Positions 34,785-44,670 of a DNA stretch of 64,000 bases are shown here, one piece after another. The notes under the pieces are model-generated. The model saw nothing but the letters and a program-made list of their open reading frames with translations, was not told the DNA's origin and made no database searches. A program made the translations under genes and the position numbers. The stretch is from NCBI GenBank assembly GCA_035506275.1, contig DATJPT010000006.1:13019-77018 (forward strand), given 5' to 3'. This DNA is from Bacteroidota bacterium. Its GTDB lineage: Bacteria; Bacteroidota; Ignavibacteria; UBA10030; UBA8401. How positions within the stretch are numbered: the stretch's first letter is position 1; each line of letters opens with the position of its first letter.

Positions 34785-37472
34785 ATGCAAGAACTTCCGA
34801 AATCGTATACTCCGCAAGAAGTCGAAGACAAATGGTATCAGTACTGGGAATCGAACGGCTTTTTCCATGCCGTTCCCAAGAGCGGCAAGAAGCCGTACAC
34901 GATCGTCATTCCGCCGCCCAACGTCACGGGCATGCTGACCATGGGACATGTGCTCAACAATGCGCTGCAGGATGTCTTCATCCGATGGCGGCGCATGGAA
35001 GGATATGAGGCATGCTGGGTTCCGGGCACCGACCATGCCGGCATCGCAACACAGCACGTCGTGGAACGATCTCTTCTGAAAGAAGGAATCTCCCGCCGTG
35101 AATTGGGCCGCGAACAATTTGTCCAGCGTGTCTGGCAATGGAAAGAGCTCTACGGCGGCATGATCATTAAACAGCTCCGAAAGCTCGGGACATCCTGTGA
35201 CTGGGAACGAGAGCGCTTCACTATGGATCCGGGCCTGTCGAACGCCGTCCAGGAGGTCTTTGTCAGGTTGTACGAAAAAGGATTGATCTATAAAGGAAAA
35301 TATATCGTCAATTGGTGTCCAAAAGACCATACCGCACTGAGCGACGACGAGGTGAACTTCTCCGAAAGCAACGGACATCTTTGGCACATTAAATACCCGA
35401 TCGAGGGCTCAAAGGAATTCATCACGGTGGCGACCACGCGCCCCGAAACGATGCTCGGCGACACCGCCGTGGCCGTCAACCCAAAAGACGACCGCTACAA
35501 AATTCTTATCGGGAAAAAAGTCCTGCTGCCGATCGCAGAGCGTTTGATCCCGATCATCGCCGACGATTTTGTCGATGCGGCGTTCGGCACGGGAGCCGTG
35601 AAAGTGACTCCGGCACACGACCCGAATGATTACCAGATCGGCGAACGGCACGGGCTCGAAAAATTGATCGTCATGGATACGTCGGGGAAGATGAACGAAC
35701 GCGTCCCGAACAAGTACCGCGGACTGGACCGGTACGAATGCCGGAAAGAACTCGTCCGCGAGCTGGAAAAGAGGGGGTTGTTGGAAAAAATTGAGAACCA
35801 CACCCACAGTGTCGGACACTGCTACCGCTGCGATACGGTCATTGAACCGTACCTCTCCGACCAGTGGTTTGTGCGCATGGCGCCGTTAGCCCAAAAAGCG
35901 CTAGAGGTGGTCATGAACGGAGAAATAAAATTCTATCCGGATCGCTGGACAAAGGTCTACGAGCACTGGATGACGAACATCCGCGATTGGTGCATCTCAC
36001 GCCAGCTCTGGTGGGGCCATAGAATTCCCGTTTATTATCTTCCCGACGGAACGATGATCGTGGCGCGGAATGCTGAAGAGGCGGGACAAAAACTTAAGGC
36101 CGAAAATTCACCGTATGGAATCGAGCACTTAAAGCAGGACGATGATGTTCTCGACACGTGGTTTTCGTCGTGGCTCTGGCCCTTCTCTGTTTTTGACTGG
36201 CCGAATGAGAACGAGGATGTAAAATATTTCTATCCGACCGACACCCTCGTCACGGCTCCAGATATCATCTTCTTCTGGGTCGCCAGGATGATCATGGCGG
36301 GGTTGGAATTCAGGGGAACAATTCCGTTCAAGCATGTTTACTTCACGAGCATCATCAGGGACATGCAGGGACGGAAGATGAGCAAGTCCCTCGGCAATTC
36401 CCCCGATCCGCTCGACGTGATCGCGACCTACGGAGCCGACGCACTCCGGTTTACCGTCCTCTATCTTGCGCCGATCGGACAGGATGTTCTCTATTCGAAC
36501 GAGAAGTGCGAGATGGGGAGAAATTTTGCCAACAAGATCTGGAATGCGGGAAGATTTCTGCTCATGAACCGGGACGCCGTCGCCGCGGAAGCGGCCGCCG
36601 AGATTCCGATCGTCGGCGCAACGCCTTCCAGCGATTTGTCGGATGCGTGGATCGTCTCGCGATTCAATGCGACAGTCAAAGAGACGACGGCTGCGCTGGA
36701 AAATCTTCGCGTGAACGAAGCGGCAAAATTGCTCTACGACTTTATGTGGCATGACTTCTGCGACTGGTACGTCGAGTTCGCGAAAAACAGGATCGCCGAG
36801 ACGAGCGACGTCAACATGAAACGGGCGATCGTCAACCGCGCCATCCGCTTGTACGAAGAAACGCTGAAGCTCCTTCACCCCTTCATGCCCTTCGTGACGG
36901 AGGAGATCTGGCAACATCTCGCCGAACGCAAAGGCGGCGAGAGTATTATGCAAGCAGCATGGCCGGCGGCGGACGAAGCCCTTATCAATCCGGGCATCGA
37001 TGGTGAAATGGAATTCCTCCAGAATGTCATCAGCGCCGTTCGAACAATTCGAAGCGAGATGAACCTGCCCCCCACGAAGGAAGTTCCCCTTGTCGTGAAT
37101 TGCGGCGATACGGCCAAGCTCGGCGTCTTGGAATCGAACCGCCCGTCGCTCGAACGGATGGCAAAGGTCAGATCGCTGACTCTCGGCACCAACCTCTCAA
37201 AGCCCGGTTATTCCGCGAGTTCCGTCGTTCAGGGACAGGACGTCTTCGTTCCCCTGGAAGGACTGATCGACATTGCCGTCGAACGGTCCCGGTTAGAAAA
37301 GGAAATTGCCCGATTGGAGGGGCAGCTAAAAACCGTTCTGGCAAAATTAGACAACCCAAATTTTGCCGGCAAGGCTCCCGGCGATGTCATTCAAAAGGAA
37401 AAAGACAAGCAGGAAAATTTCGAGCGGACACTTGTAAAACTCAAAGCGAACCTGGATCAATTAAAGAATTGA
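34785..37472 (+). CDS. valS: Valine--tRNA ligase
   Basis: 895 aa with a HIGH-type motif (PPPNVTGMLTMGHV), KMSKS, and a C-terminal coiled coil. Confidence 0.98.
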   Translation: MQELPKSYTPQEVEDKWYQYWESNGFFHAVPKSGKKPYTIVIPPPNVTGMLTMGHVLNNALQDVFIRWRRMEGYEACWVPGTDHAGIATQHVVERSLLKEGISRRELGREQFVQRVWQWKELYGGMIIKQLRKLGTSCDWERERFTMDPGLSNAVQEVFVRLYEKGLIYKGKYIVNWCPKDHTALSDDEVNFSESNGHLWHIKYPIEGSKEFITVATTRPETMLGDTAVAVNPKDDRYKILIGKKVLLPIAERLIPIIADDFVDAAFGTGAVKVTPAHDPNDYQIGERHGLEKLIVMDTSGKMNERVPNKYRGLDRYECRKELVRELEKRGLLEKIENHTHSVGHCYRCDTVIEPYLSDQWFVRMAPLAQKALEVVMNGEIKFYPDRWTKVYEHWMTNIRDWCISRQLWWGHRIPVYYLPDGTMIVARNAEEAGQKLKAENSPYGIEHLKQDDDVLDTWFSSWLWPFSVFDWPNENEDVKYFYPTDTLVTAPDIIFFWVARMIMAGLEFRGTIPFKHVYFTSIIRDMQGRKMSKSLGNSPDPLDVIATYGADALRFTVLYLAPIGQDVLYSNEKCEMGRNFANKIWNAGRFLLMNRDAVAAEAAAEIPIVGATPSSDLSDAWIVSRFNATVKETTAALENLRVNEAAKLLYDFMWHDFCDWYVEFAKNRIAETSDVNMKRAIVNRAIRLYEETLKLLHPFMPFVTEEIWQHLAERKGGESIMQAAWPAADEALINPGIDGEMEFLQNVISAVRTIRSEMNLPPTKEVPLVVNCGDTAKLGVLESNRPSLERMAKVRSLTLGTNLSKPGYSASSVVQGQDVFVPLEGLIDIAVERSRLEKEIARLEGQLKTVLAKLDNPNFAGKAPGDVIQKEKDKQENFERTLVKLKANLDQLKN

Positions 37473-37485
37473 CAAGGACGGCTGC

Positions 37486-38694
37486 GTGCGTCTCATTACA
37501 ACAGCAGCATTGGTTTTTTGCTTTCACTTGGCCTTAGTTTCCAGCGTGAACTCACGGCCAGCCGGTGAGTTTGCTGCGCTCATTCGTCGTATCGAGACTG
37601 AAGTCCCTCCCAACCGCACTTCCATTGTCGACAGCTTTGTGATCGCTCAAAAATCGAAAGGCTTCCCCGTCACCGCCGATTCAATGGCGTACTTTGTGTA
37701 CTATGGGACGGTGGATTCGGCGATCACCGTAACGGGAGATCATCTGCAGTGGTCGGCACACGGCGAGCCAATGATCCATATCCCCTCAACGGATCTGTAC
37801 TATCTCGGAAAGAAATTTGAACCCGACGCCCGCATCGATTACAAGTTCATCAAAGATGGAATGTGGATTCTTGACCCATTGAATTCGAACATCGTCGGCA
37901 GCGGATTCGGGGAGAATTCAGAGCTGGCGATGCCTTCCTTCCATCAGCCCGCATCGATCATTTATAACGCCGCGATCCCCCACGGGATGCTCTCAACGAC
38001 TTCCTTCGCAAGCAGATCCACTGGGGATACCCGGAAGATCACCGTATACCTACCGGCCGGTTACAATGCATCCCCTCGACGATATCCAACGCTCTATGTC
38101 CACGACGGCCCTGATTATCTATCCCGCGCGTCAATGGCAAACGTCCTCGACAATCTGATCGCCGCTCAACAGATCCGGCCGATAATCGCGGTCTTCGTTC
38201 CGTCGGGAAAAGACCGGGAAGGCGAATACCGGCTGGGAAAAATATCGCAATTTGCAAACTTGATGGTGAAGGAATTGGTCCCATACATCGATTCCGTGTA
38301 TAGCACGGATCCCCGCCCGTCCGAACGAGGAACGATGGGAGCATCAGATGGAGGGCATATCGCCCTGTATCTCGGGACGAATTATCCAAAAATCTTCGGC
38401 CTGTCCGGAAGTCAATCCGGGACCATTACCGACCTCATTCGTTCGCCGATCCAAAACCGCAAAAGAATTTCGACCAAATTTTACCTCGACGTCGGTACAT
38501 ACGACATCGCGACTCCTGAATTTCGACTTCTGGAACTGAATCGCGATTTCCATCGCCTGCTTCTCCAGAAGGGGTATGCTGTTTCATATGCGGAATATCA
38601 CCAAGGACACAGCTGGGGGAATTGGCGTGCCCATCTCGACATACTTTTGAAAACGTTCTATCCTCATGCCGTTCCGGACAATCTTCAACAATGA
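37486..38694 (+). CDS. Secreted esterase-family alpha/beta hydrolase (enterochelin-esterase-like, N-terminal Ig-like domain)
   Basis: 402 aa with a GTG start and a signal peptide. Contains YLPAGYN...YPTLYVHDG and a nucleophile-elbow-like GASDGG. Confidence 0.75.
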   Translation: MRLITTAALVFCFHLALVSSVNSRPAGEFAALIRRIETEVPPNRTSIVDSFVIAQKSKGFPVTADSMAYFVYYGTVDSAITVTGDHLQWSAHGEPMIHIPSTDLYYLGKKFEPDARIDYKFIKDGMWILDPLNSNIVGSGFGENSELAMPSFHQPASIIYNAAIPHGMLSTTSFASRSTGDTRKITVYLPAGYNASPRRYPTLYVHDGPDYLSRASMANVLDNLIAAQQIRPIIAVFVPSGKDREGEYRLGKISQFANLMVKELVPYIDSVYSTDPRPSERGTMGASDGGHIALYLGTNYPKIFGLSGSQSGTITDLIRSPIQNRKRISTKFYLDVGTYDIATPEFRLLELNRDFHRLLLQKGYAVSYAEYHQGHSWGNWRAHLDILLKTFYPHAVPDNLQQ

Positions 38695-38957
38695 ACTTTC
38701 CGGTCGAGTTATTTTTGGGCGCGCAAAATAGGCTGTTTTCACGAGCGAATGACCGCGGATCTTCTCCGTGATCTTCGTCTCACTCCGGTGTTGTTAATTT
38801 CCCAATTTCTCCTATATTAACAACGATGTTCTCATCCTGAACTATGCACAGTAGTCAGAGACATTCCTTTCCGGATGTCGGACGCAACGTTAGGCATCTA
38901 TGAATTCGAAGCAACGCGCCCTACGTTGAAATCTCCAGAAACGAAGCCACTCATTCC

Positions 38958-39830
38958 ATGAATCGGCAACAACTTATCTCTCAGATCGTTGAAGACGTTT
39001 TGAAGGACAAAGGCCTTGCGCATATGTGCTGTAAGGACGGCATATGCACCGACGGTTTATGCGTTGTCCATAACAAGGATGGCGTAAAGAACATCGTCTC
39101 AAGCGGCGCAACGCGTGTGACCGCCGGCGTCGGTGTGGATGCTGCGGGAGGTGTAGAGTCCGATCTCGCGCGGATGATCGATCACACGTTGCTCAAGCCG
39201 GAAGCAACGGTCGAGCAGATCGAAAAATTGACCGCCGAGGCGAAAAAATTTCATTTTGCAAGCGTCTGCATCAATCCGTCATACGTCCCGCTTTGTGCCA
39301 AGCTCCTGAAAGACACCGATGTTAAGGTGTGCACCGTCATCGGATTCCCCCTTGGGGCGACGTCGTCAGAAAGCAAGGCGTTCGAGACAGAACGCGCGAT
39401 CCGGGACGGAGCGAATGAAGTTGATATGGTGATCAATGTCGGAAGACTAAAATCCGGCGATTATGAATATGTAGAAAGCGACATTTTCGCGGTGGTGAGC
39501 ACCGCACGGCGGTACCGGGTGCTGACGAAGGTGATCATCGAAACAGGGTTATTGACGGACGAGGAAAAAATTAAAGCATGCATGCTGGCGAAGCGAGCGG
39601 GAGCCGATTTCGTGAAAACATCGACCGGCTTTTCAAAAGGAGGCGCCACGACGGGGGATATCGCGTTAATGCGTTTTGTTGTCGGAAGTGCGATGGGGGT
39701 GAAAGCTTCGGGGGGAGTCAGAAGCCGGGAGGATGCTTTGAAGCTCGTTGCCAGCGGCGCGGATAGAATCGGAGCAAGCGCCAGCGTTGCAATTGCCGGC
39801 GGAGCTACGACCGCGGGAGGGGGCTATTGA
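38958..39830 (+). CDS. deoC: Deoxyribose-phosphate aldolase with ~70-aa N-terminal extension
   Basis: Residues ~73-290 form a class I DERA core: [11 protein letters not shown]...FASVCINP...[10 protein letters not shown]...VDMVIN...KVIIET...DFVKTSTGF...VKASGGVR. Residues 1-72 are extra: [20 protein letters not shown] followed by a Cys-rich stretch. Confidence 0.9.
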   Translation: MNRQQLISQIVEDVLKDKGLAHMCCKDGICTDGLCVVHNKDGVKNIVSSGATRVTAGVGVDAAGGVESDLARMIDHTLLKPEATVEQIEKLTAEAKKFHFASVCINPSYVPLCAKLLKDTDVKVCTVIGFPLGATSSESKAFETERAIRDGANEVDMVINVGRLKSGDYEYVESDIFAVVSTARRYRVLTKVIIETGLLTDEEKIKACMLAKRAGADFVKTSTGFSKGGATTGDIALMRFVVGSAMGVKASGGVRSREDALKLVASGADRIGASASVAIAGGATTAGGGY

Positions 39831-40381
39831 ATAAGGTCGCTCAATTGCCGCTCAAATTTCTCCTCGCGTCGGTGCTTGCAGGAATGGTCGTATTCTGGGG
39901 CACGGAGGGATGTTCCTCGTCCAGCTCATCGCAAGGCGGCGCGACTGCTCTCCCCGATAGCACTTCTTATCAAAGCCAGCTGACTCCATCGCAGAAATCA
40001 GGGCGCAATCAAAGGTCATCCTCGGCGGGAAACCAGCAAGGGTTTGTCACTCAGGAAGATACGATCGAAGCAGAAGTCGTTACCCACGGGCAGAGCGCGA
40101 ATCATACGAAGCCGCCGTCGCGCGGTTCGACGAAAAAGAAATACTACAGTGTGCAGGTCGGCGCGTTCAAGGTCTTAAGCAATGCCGACAGATCAAAAAA
40201 ATCCGCTCAGCAGCGGTACAAAAAGCCCGTCTATCAGTTCTTTGACAAGCCGATAAAAATGTACCGGGTCACGATCGGAAATTTTGCGAGACTCAACGAA
40301 GCGCTGAAATTCTTGAAATCCATTCAAAAGGACCGCCCGAAAGAATACAAGGACGCGTGGGTTGCGGAGATGAGGCGATGA
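39827..40381 (+). CDS. SPOR-domain lipoprotein
   Basis: 184 aa with a TTG start overlapping the deoC stop (TTGA) and a signal peptide with Cys (WGTEGC). The C-terminal SPOR domain is [17 protein letters not shown]...[18 protein letters not shown]. Confidence 0.75.
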   Translation: MNKVAQLPLKFLLASVLAGMVVFWGTEGCSSSSSSQGGATALPDSTSYQSQLTPSQKSGRNQRSSSAGNQQGFVTQEDTIEAEVVTHGQSANHTKPPSRGSTKKKYYSVQVGAFKVLSNADRSKKSAQQRYKKPVYQFFDKPIKMYRVTIGNFARLNEALKFLKSIQKDRPKEYKDAWVAEMRR

Positions 40382-40920
40382 CCCGGGGAGTTTTTCTGTT
40401 CTGCGCAGCCACGATCGTCGCCGCTTTTAGTCCGGGGGTCGCTTTCGCTCAATCGGGCCCCGACACGGCAGCGCCTCCCCGTAAAGAAAAGCTGAGCACG
40501 TTCGAAAGATCGTTCAAGCCGTCCGAATACGATTCCGACATCGTGCTTGTGCACAAAAAAGAAAATCAGCCCCGGCCGATCGTCGATGTTCCCGTCGAGA
40601 CGTTCACCGTCGCGGAACCGGAGACCGTCCAGGGTTACCGGATCCAGGTATTCGCATCGAACAATTACGACGAGGCCGTTTCGGTCCGCAACGCGCTCAA
40701 TATCGACCTTCCTGCCCAATGGGTCTATATGGTCTACGATGCGCCGACGTACAAAGTGCGCGTCGGAGACTATACGAACCGCGCAGACGCCAACCTTGCC
40801 GTGGACGGTTTTATCGAGAAAGGGTACAAAGGAGCCTGGGTTGTTCCCGACCGCGTACTCGCAAACCCCCGTGCAAAACCGCCATCCCAAGCCGACAGCA
40901 CATCGACGGATAAAAACTAA
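40378..40920 (+). CDS. SPOR-domain protein (second copy)
   Basis: I chose the start at the ATG that forms an ATGA overlap with the upstream stop. Signal peptide [24 protein letters not shown]; SPOR domain GYRIQVFASNNYDEA...YKVRVGDYTNRADA. Confidence 0.75.
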   Translation: MTRGVFLFCAATIVAAFSPGVAFAQSGPDTAAPPRKEKLSTFERSFKPSEYDSDIVLVHKKENQPRPIVDVPVETFTVAEPETVQGYRIQVFASNNYDEAVSVRNALNIDLPAQWVYMVYDAPTYKVRVGDYTNRADANLAVDGFIEKGYKGAWVVPDRVLANPRAKPPSQADSTSTDKN

Positions 40921-40976
40921 CCGCTGACCGATCAACAGTCATACCGCACCAGAGCATGTTCATCAAACGACGGACG

Positions 40977-42713
40977 CTATCTGAATTTTATTTTCACACC
41001 GTCGACAGGCCAGCGTGCGCGAACCTTTATTGAATCCGGATAGAGGGCAAATCGTTCGGCGGGAATAAATGGGTACGGTTTCCCCGAGAAGTATACACCG
41101 CTGCGGTCGTCATCCTGAAAAGCTTTCAATCGATACTCCCCCGGGTCAAGCTGCGGAAACAGGAATTTCTTTCCGCGTTCCGCTCGCGCGCGAATCACCT
41201 TCTTCATTTTTTTTGCGGTATTCTCAGCGACGACAACATAGTTGTCGATATGGGAAGAATCGGGGTCGAGCAGAACTCCCTCGATGCTGCTCAACTGTTC
41301 CGGGTCGATCGTGCGAATGGTGATCTTCCGGGTGCTGTCTTTCCAGTGATTTCCTGATCCATCGCGGAGCGAATCAAAACGGAGCAAAAAAAAGTAAGGG
41401 GTGTCCTCGCGCAGCGCTTCGCGCGGTATCACCGTGAAGCTCGCCGGAGAATTCCATGCGAACGAGACGGGGACATCGGTGGAATCCTTTCTCCGCAGCG
41501 TTATGGCGTGCTCCGCGGACGGCCGCTGAAGGGCGTCGTCAAAATCAAACTGAAATCGCTGGCCGACCGAAACGCGCGTTGTGGAATCCATCACCGTTGC
41601 AAAGATAAGTCCGGGCGGGGTCGTATCTGCTCCAGCCGAGGGGGTAAACTGTTTGGACGACGCCAGCGGATTGATCAAATGGCCGGCCAGATCTTTCACT
41701 CCAGTGACAGCGACTCTATAGAGACTGTCTTCACGCCTCGGCTCAACGATCAACATCACACGCGAAGGGTTCTGAGCGGGGGAAAAGAAATCGACAATGC
41801 TGACGCTCCGCGTCTGCGTCGTATCCGATATTGAAAACGCACTTCTATTCAGGGATGACAAATCGATATTCTCGCTGAACTCGAGCTCAACATGGCGGGA
41901 ATCCTTCGCCGTCGCCGATACGAGGCGGGGCGGTGTCGTATCTTCCAACGAGAGCTGGAAGTTCATTTCGGTACGGAGGGAATCGTCTTCGGTCAACCGA
42001 ATGTCTTCCGGGGCAGTGCTCATCGCATCGGTCTCAGGGTCGTACAGCAGATTGCGGAACTCATCCCGGACCGCCAGGACTCTAAAATTGCCGAACGAAA
42101 GATGCATCAATGCATAGTCACCGTTGTTCCCCGTTTGCGATATGTAATCCGGCTTCGTCGTCATCGGGTTGAGGGTATCGGGCTTCAGGCCGTCGAGCCG
42201 GTAAGCGAAAATCATCACACCGACCGGTTTATCATCAACGACTCTTCCGCGAATTTCACCCCGATCGATCTGTTGGCCTGTGGAGAACGCAAATGTAAAC
42301 GCATGCGCCATCCTGTTCCGGTTGTTCACGTCGACGACATCGGTGCCGATCGTCACGACGTAGGTGGTATTCTTTTTCAGCGAGTCTTTGAAATCCAGCT
42401 CGACCTCCCTTCCGCTCCAATCGAACTCAATATCCTTGATGTACGGCGAAATGAAGATCGACTCTTCAACGGAGCGGCGCTCGACATACTTACTGAATTC
42501 CATTGAAATATGTTTGGAAGAATATTCCGTGGTGTTCGGGGGCGGGTCCACCGCGATGATCTCAGGAGGCGTTGTGTCGATCGGACCTCCACCGGGGGGA
42601 CGCTCCCCCGCGCACCCGGCCACCGCCACAAGAGCTGCAACGAGGACAGATCCCAAGATGCTCTTGGTCGCAAATACGTTACGGCAGATAGCCGCGGAGA
42701 AGAATGTCGTCAT
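40977..42713 (-). CDS. Lipoprotein with tandem Ig-like (SbsA/Big_5-type) domains
   Basis: 578 aa with a lipobox (VAVAGC). It has the DTTPPEII and DTTPPRL/DTTPPGL repeat starts typical of SbsA-Ig domains. Confidence 0.6.
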   Translation of the reverse strand: MTTFFSAAICRNVFATKSILGSVLVAALVAVAGCAGERPPGGGPIDTTPPEIIAVDPPPNTTEYSSKHISMEFSKYVERRSVEESIFISPYIKDIEFDWSGREVELDFKDSLKKNTTYVVTIGTDVVDVNNRNRMAHAFTFAFSTGQQIDRGEIRGRVVDDKPVGVMIFAYRLDGLKPDTLNPMTTKPDYISQTGNNGDYALMHLSFGNFRVLAVRDEFRNLLYDPETDAMSTAPEDIRLTEDDSLRTEMNFQLSLEDTTPPRLVSATAKDSRHVELEFSENIDLSSLNRSAFSISDTTQTRSVSIVDFFSPAQNPSRVMLIVEPRREDSLYRVAVTGVKDLAGHLINPLASSKQFTPSAGADTTPPGLIFATVMDSTTRVSVGQRFQFDFDDALQRPSAEHAITLRRKDSTDVPVSFAWNSPASFTVIPREALREDTPYFFLLRFDSLRDGSGNHWKDSTRKITIRTIDPEQLSSIEGVLLDPDSSHIDNYVVVAENTAKKMKKVIRARAERGKKFLFPQLDPGEYRLKAFQDDDRSGVYFSGKPYPFIPAERFALYPDSIKVRARWPVDGVKIKFR

Positions 42714-42924
42714 CGCTTGGATGGGGAAAAATAGAAATTTTTTACCTCAGATGAAAGGCAGAAAGAGCGGGTCGGCATAACACTTGCCTTTACATTGCAG
42801 TTTTCTTACTTTGCATGCACAACCCTGCCATCACCAACAACGTGAAGAATCAAGTTTGAACGTTCGTTTACCGCAGTGTAATTTCAGCTCTCCGTCAATT
42901 CGTTCACGTCATCGTGAGAATCCT

Positions 42925-43893
42925 ATGAATATTCGGTTGCTTTCAAAGCGAAACAGTCTGCGGCTGTTCCTCGCGCTGGGCTTGTTCCTGCTTGCGCAGG
43001 GATCGGTCTATCCCCAGGATGCGACATATTCATTCCTCCTCAGCGACGTCAGCGCCCGGTCGGCGGGAATGGCAGGCAGTTTTGTTTCGATGCAGAACGA
43101 CGTCAATACGATATTCTACAACCCGGCAGGACTTGCTACGGTCACACAGGCAGAAGCTTCTTTCGGTTACCTCAAAAACCTGCTTGACATCAATTCAGGG
43201 TATGCCTCATATGCGCAGGATTTTTCAGGCATCGGAAAGATCGGCTTCGGCGTCAATTATGTCAATTATGGAACGTTCGACGAAACGGACGAATTGGCGA
43301 ACAAAATAGGAACGTTCAGCGCCGGCGATCTCGCCGTCTCAGTCGGATATGCCGGAGAGTTCGAGGAGAACTTTTATTACGGCGTCGCCGGTAAATTTAT
43401 CTATTCCTCAATTGCCGATGCGGCATCGTCGGCGATCGCAGCCGATTTCGGAATTCTCTACTATATTCCCGGGGCGAATCCGGTATCGCTCGGAGCGAGT
43501 CTTCAAAATGTCGGGACTCAGCTCAATCCGTATCTCACGACGCGCGAGAATCTTCCGCTTGATCTGACGATCGGCGGGACGATCAAGCCGCAGCATCTTC
43601 CTCTTCTCCTGAATCTCGATTTTCACCGGCTCACAGAAACGCAAAACAATCTTGCATCCCATTTCAGCATGTATTCGATCGGGGGAGAATTCACCCTGAG
43701 CAAAGAACTTCGCTTCCGTTTCGGGTTTGATAACGAACGGCGGAGGGATCTATCGCTCGGGGCGTCGCCGGGCCTGGCGGGATTTTCATTCGGCGGCGGG
43801 ATCGCGCTGGAAAAGCTTCATTTCGATTATGCGTTCACGTCCCTCGGCAAGATCGGCAGTTTGAACAGCATTACTGTCGGCATGAATCTCTGA
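42925..43893 (+). CDS. PorV/PorQ-family outer-membrane beta-barrel (T9SS-associated)
   Basis: I chose the start at the ATG at 42925, which gives the signal peptide MNIRLLSKRNSLRLFLALGLFLLAQG. The family-typical N-terminal block is FLLSDVSARSAGMAGSFVSMQNDVNTIFYNPAGLA, and the rest shows an alternating beta-strand pattern. Confidence 0.7.
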   Translation: MNIRLLSKRNSLRLFLALGLFLLAQGSVYPQDATYSFLLSDVSARSAGMAGSFVSMQNDVNTIFYNPAGLATVTQAEASFGYLKNLLDINSGYASYAQDFSGIGKIGFGVNYVNYGTFDETDELANKIGTFSAGDLAVSVGYAGEFEENFYYGVAGKFIYSSIADAASSAIAADFGILYYIPGANPVSLGASLQNVGTQLNPYLTTRENLPLDLTIGGTIKPQHLPLLLNLDFHRLTETQNNLASHFSMYSIGGEFTLSKELRFRFGFDNERRRDLSLGASPGLAGFSFGGGIALEKLHFDYAFTSLGKIGSLNSITVGMNL

Positions 43894-43914
43894 GCGTCCG
43901 GGGGCGATGCGTGC

Positions 43915-44670
43915 TCATCCCCCGAGAATGCTCGAAACAATTCTGGAACTGCAATAAAATAATATCATCCCCCCAAACACGGCGATCGGCACGGAGCGGT
44001 TCTCCGACCGATTGATCTCAGGGATCAGGTCGCTCGCACCCACATACATCCCGGCTCCTGCGGAAAAGGCGAATGCATAGCCAACGACTCCGCTGCCGAT
44101 ATCCTTCAAAAAGAACATCGCGATAATCCCAAGCATCGTTCCCGCCCCGGCTCCCGCCGATGCCCAGAATGCATTTTTGCGCGGATGGTCTGCTGCCAGC
44201 ATGACGGAAGCGATCGTCAACCCTTCGGGAAATTTGTGAAGCAGGATCGCGACGAAGATCATGATTCCCAGCGAAACATTGTACTGCATCCCGGCAGAAA
44301 TCGATACTCCATCAAAGAAGGCATGTGTAAACAACCCCCAAAATGCAGAATAGCTTGCAACCTTCGAGAGCATGACATCGGCATGCACTTCTTCGCCAAA
44401 ATGCAGGTGGCCGACAATCGTGTGCTCGGCAAAATGCATGACGCTGAACCCCGCAAGAATGAGCAGCGGCGCTGCCTGACCGATGCTCGTGATGCTAACG
44501 GGAATCAGGTCCAAAATAACAAGGGCAAGAATAAATCCCGCCCCCAACGCCAGGAAATATTCTTGTATCCTTTGCGGCCAGCCGCGCCGCATCAACACGA
44601 CGGCGCCGCCAAGAATTTCCGCGCACACCGTCACCAGGCCGAACAATAGAATGGTCAACGAAATGTTCAT
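43915..44670 (-). CDS. ZIP-family divalent metal transporter (ZupT-like)
   Basis: 251 aa, polytopic, with the HKFPEGLTIAS signature helix and a His-rich loop (HLHFGEEVH). Confidence 0.85.
   Translation of the reverse strand: MNISLTILLFGLVTVCAEILGGAVVLMRRGWPQRIQEYFLALGAGFILALVILDLIPVSITSIGQAAPLLILAGFSVMHFAEHTIVGHLHFGEEVHADVMLSKVASYSAFWGLFTHAFFDGVSISAGMQYNVSLGIMIFVAILLHKFPEGLTIASVMLAADHPRKNAFWASAGAGAGTMLGIIAMFFLKDIGSGVVGYAFAFSAGAGMYVGASDLIPEINRSENRSVPIAVFGGMILFYCSSRIVSSILGG

Noticed and set aside
43899-43924. Short GC stem (CGGGGG / CCCCCG) between the convergent PorV-like and ZIP genes
   Set aside because: The stem is only 6 bp with a 14-nt loop, has no T-tract, and half of it lies inside the ZIP coding region. 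It is too weak to call a terminator.
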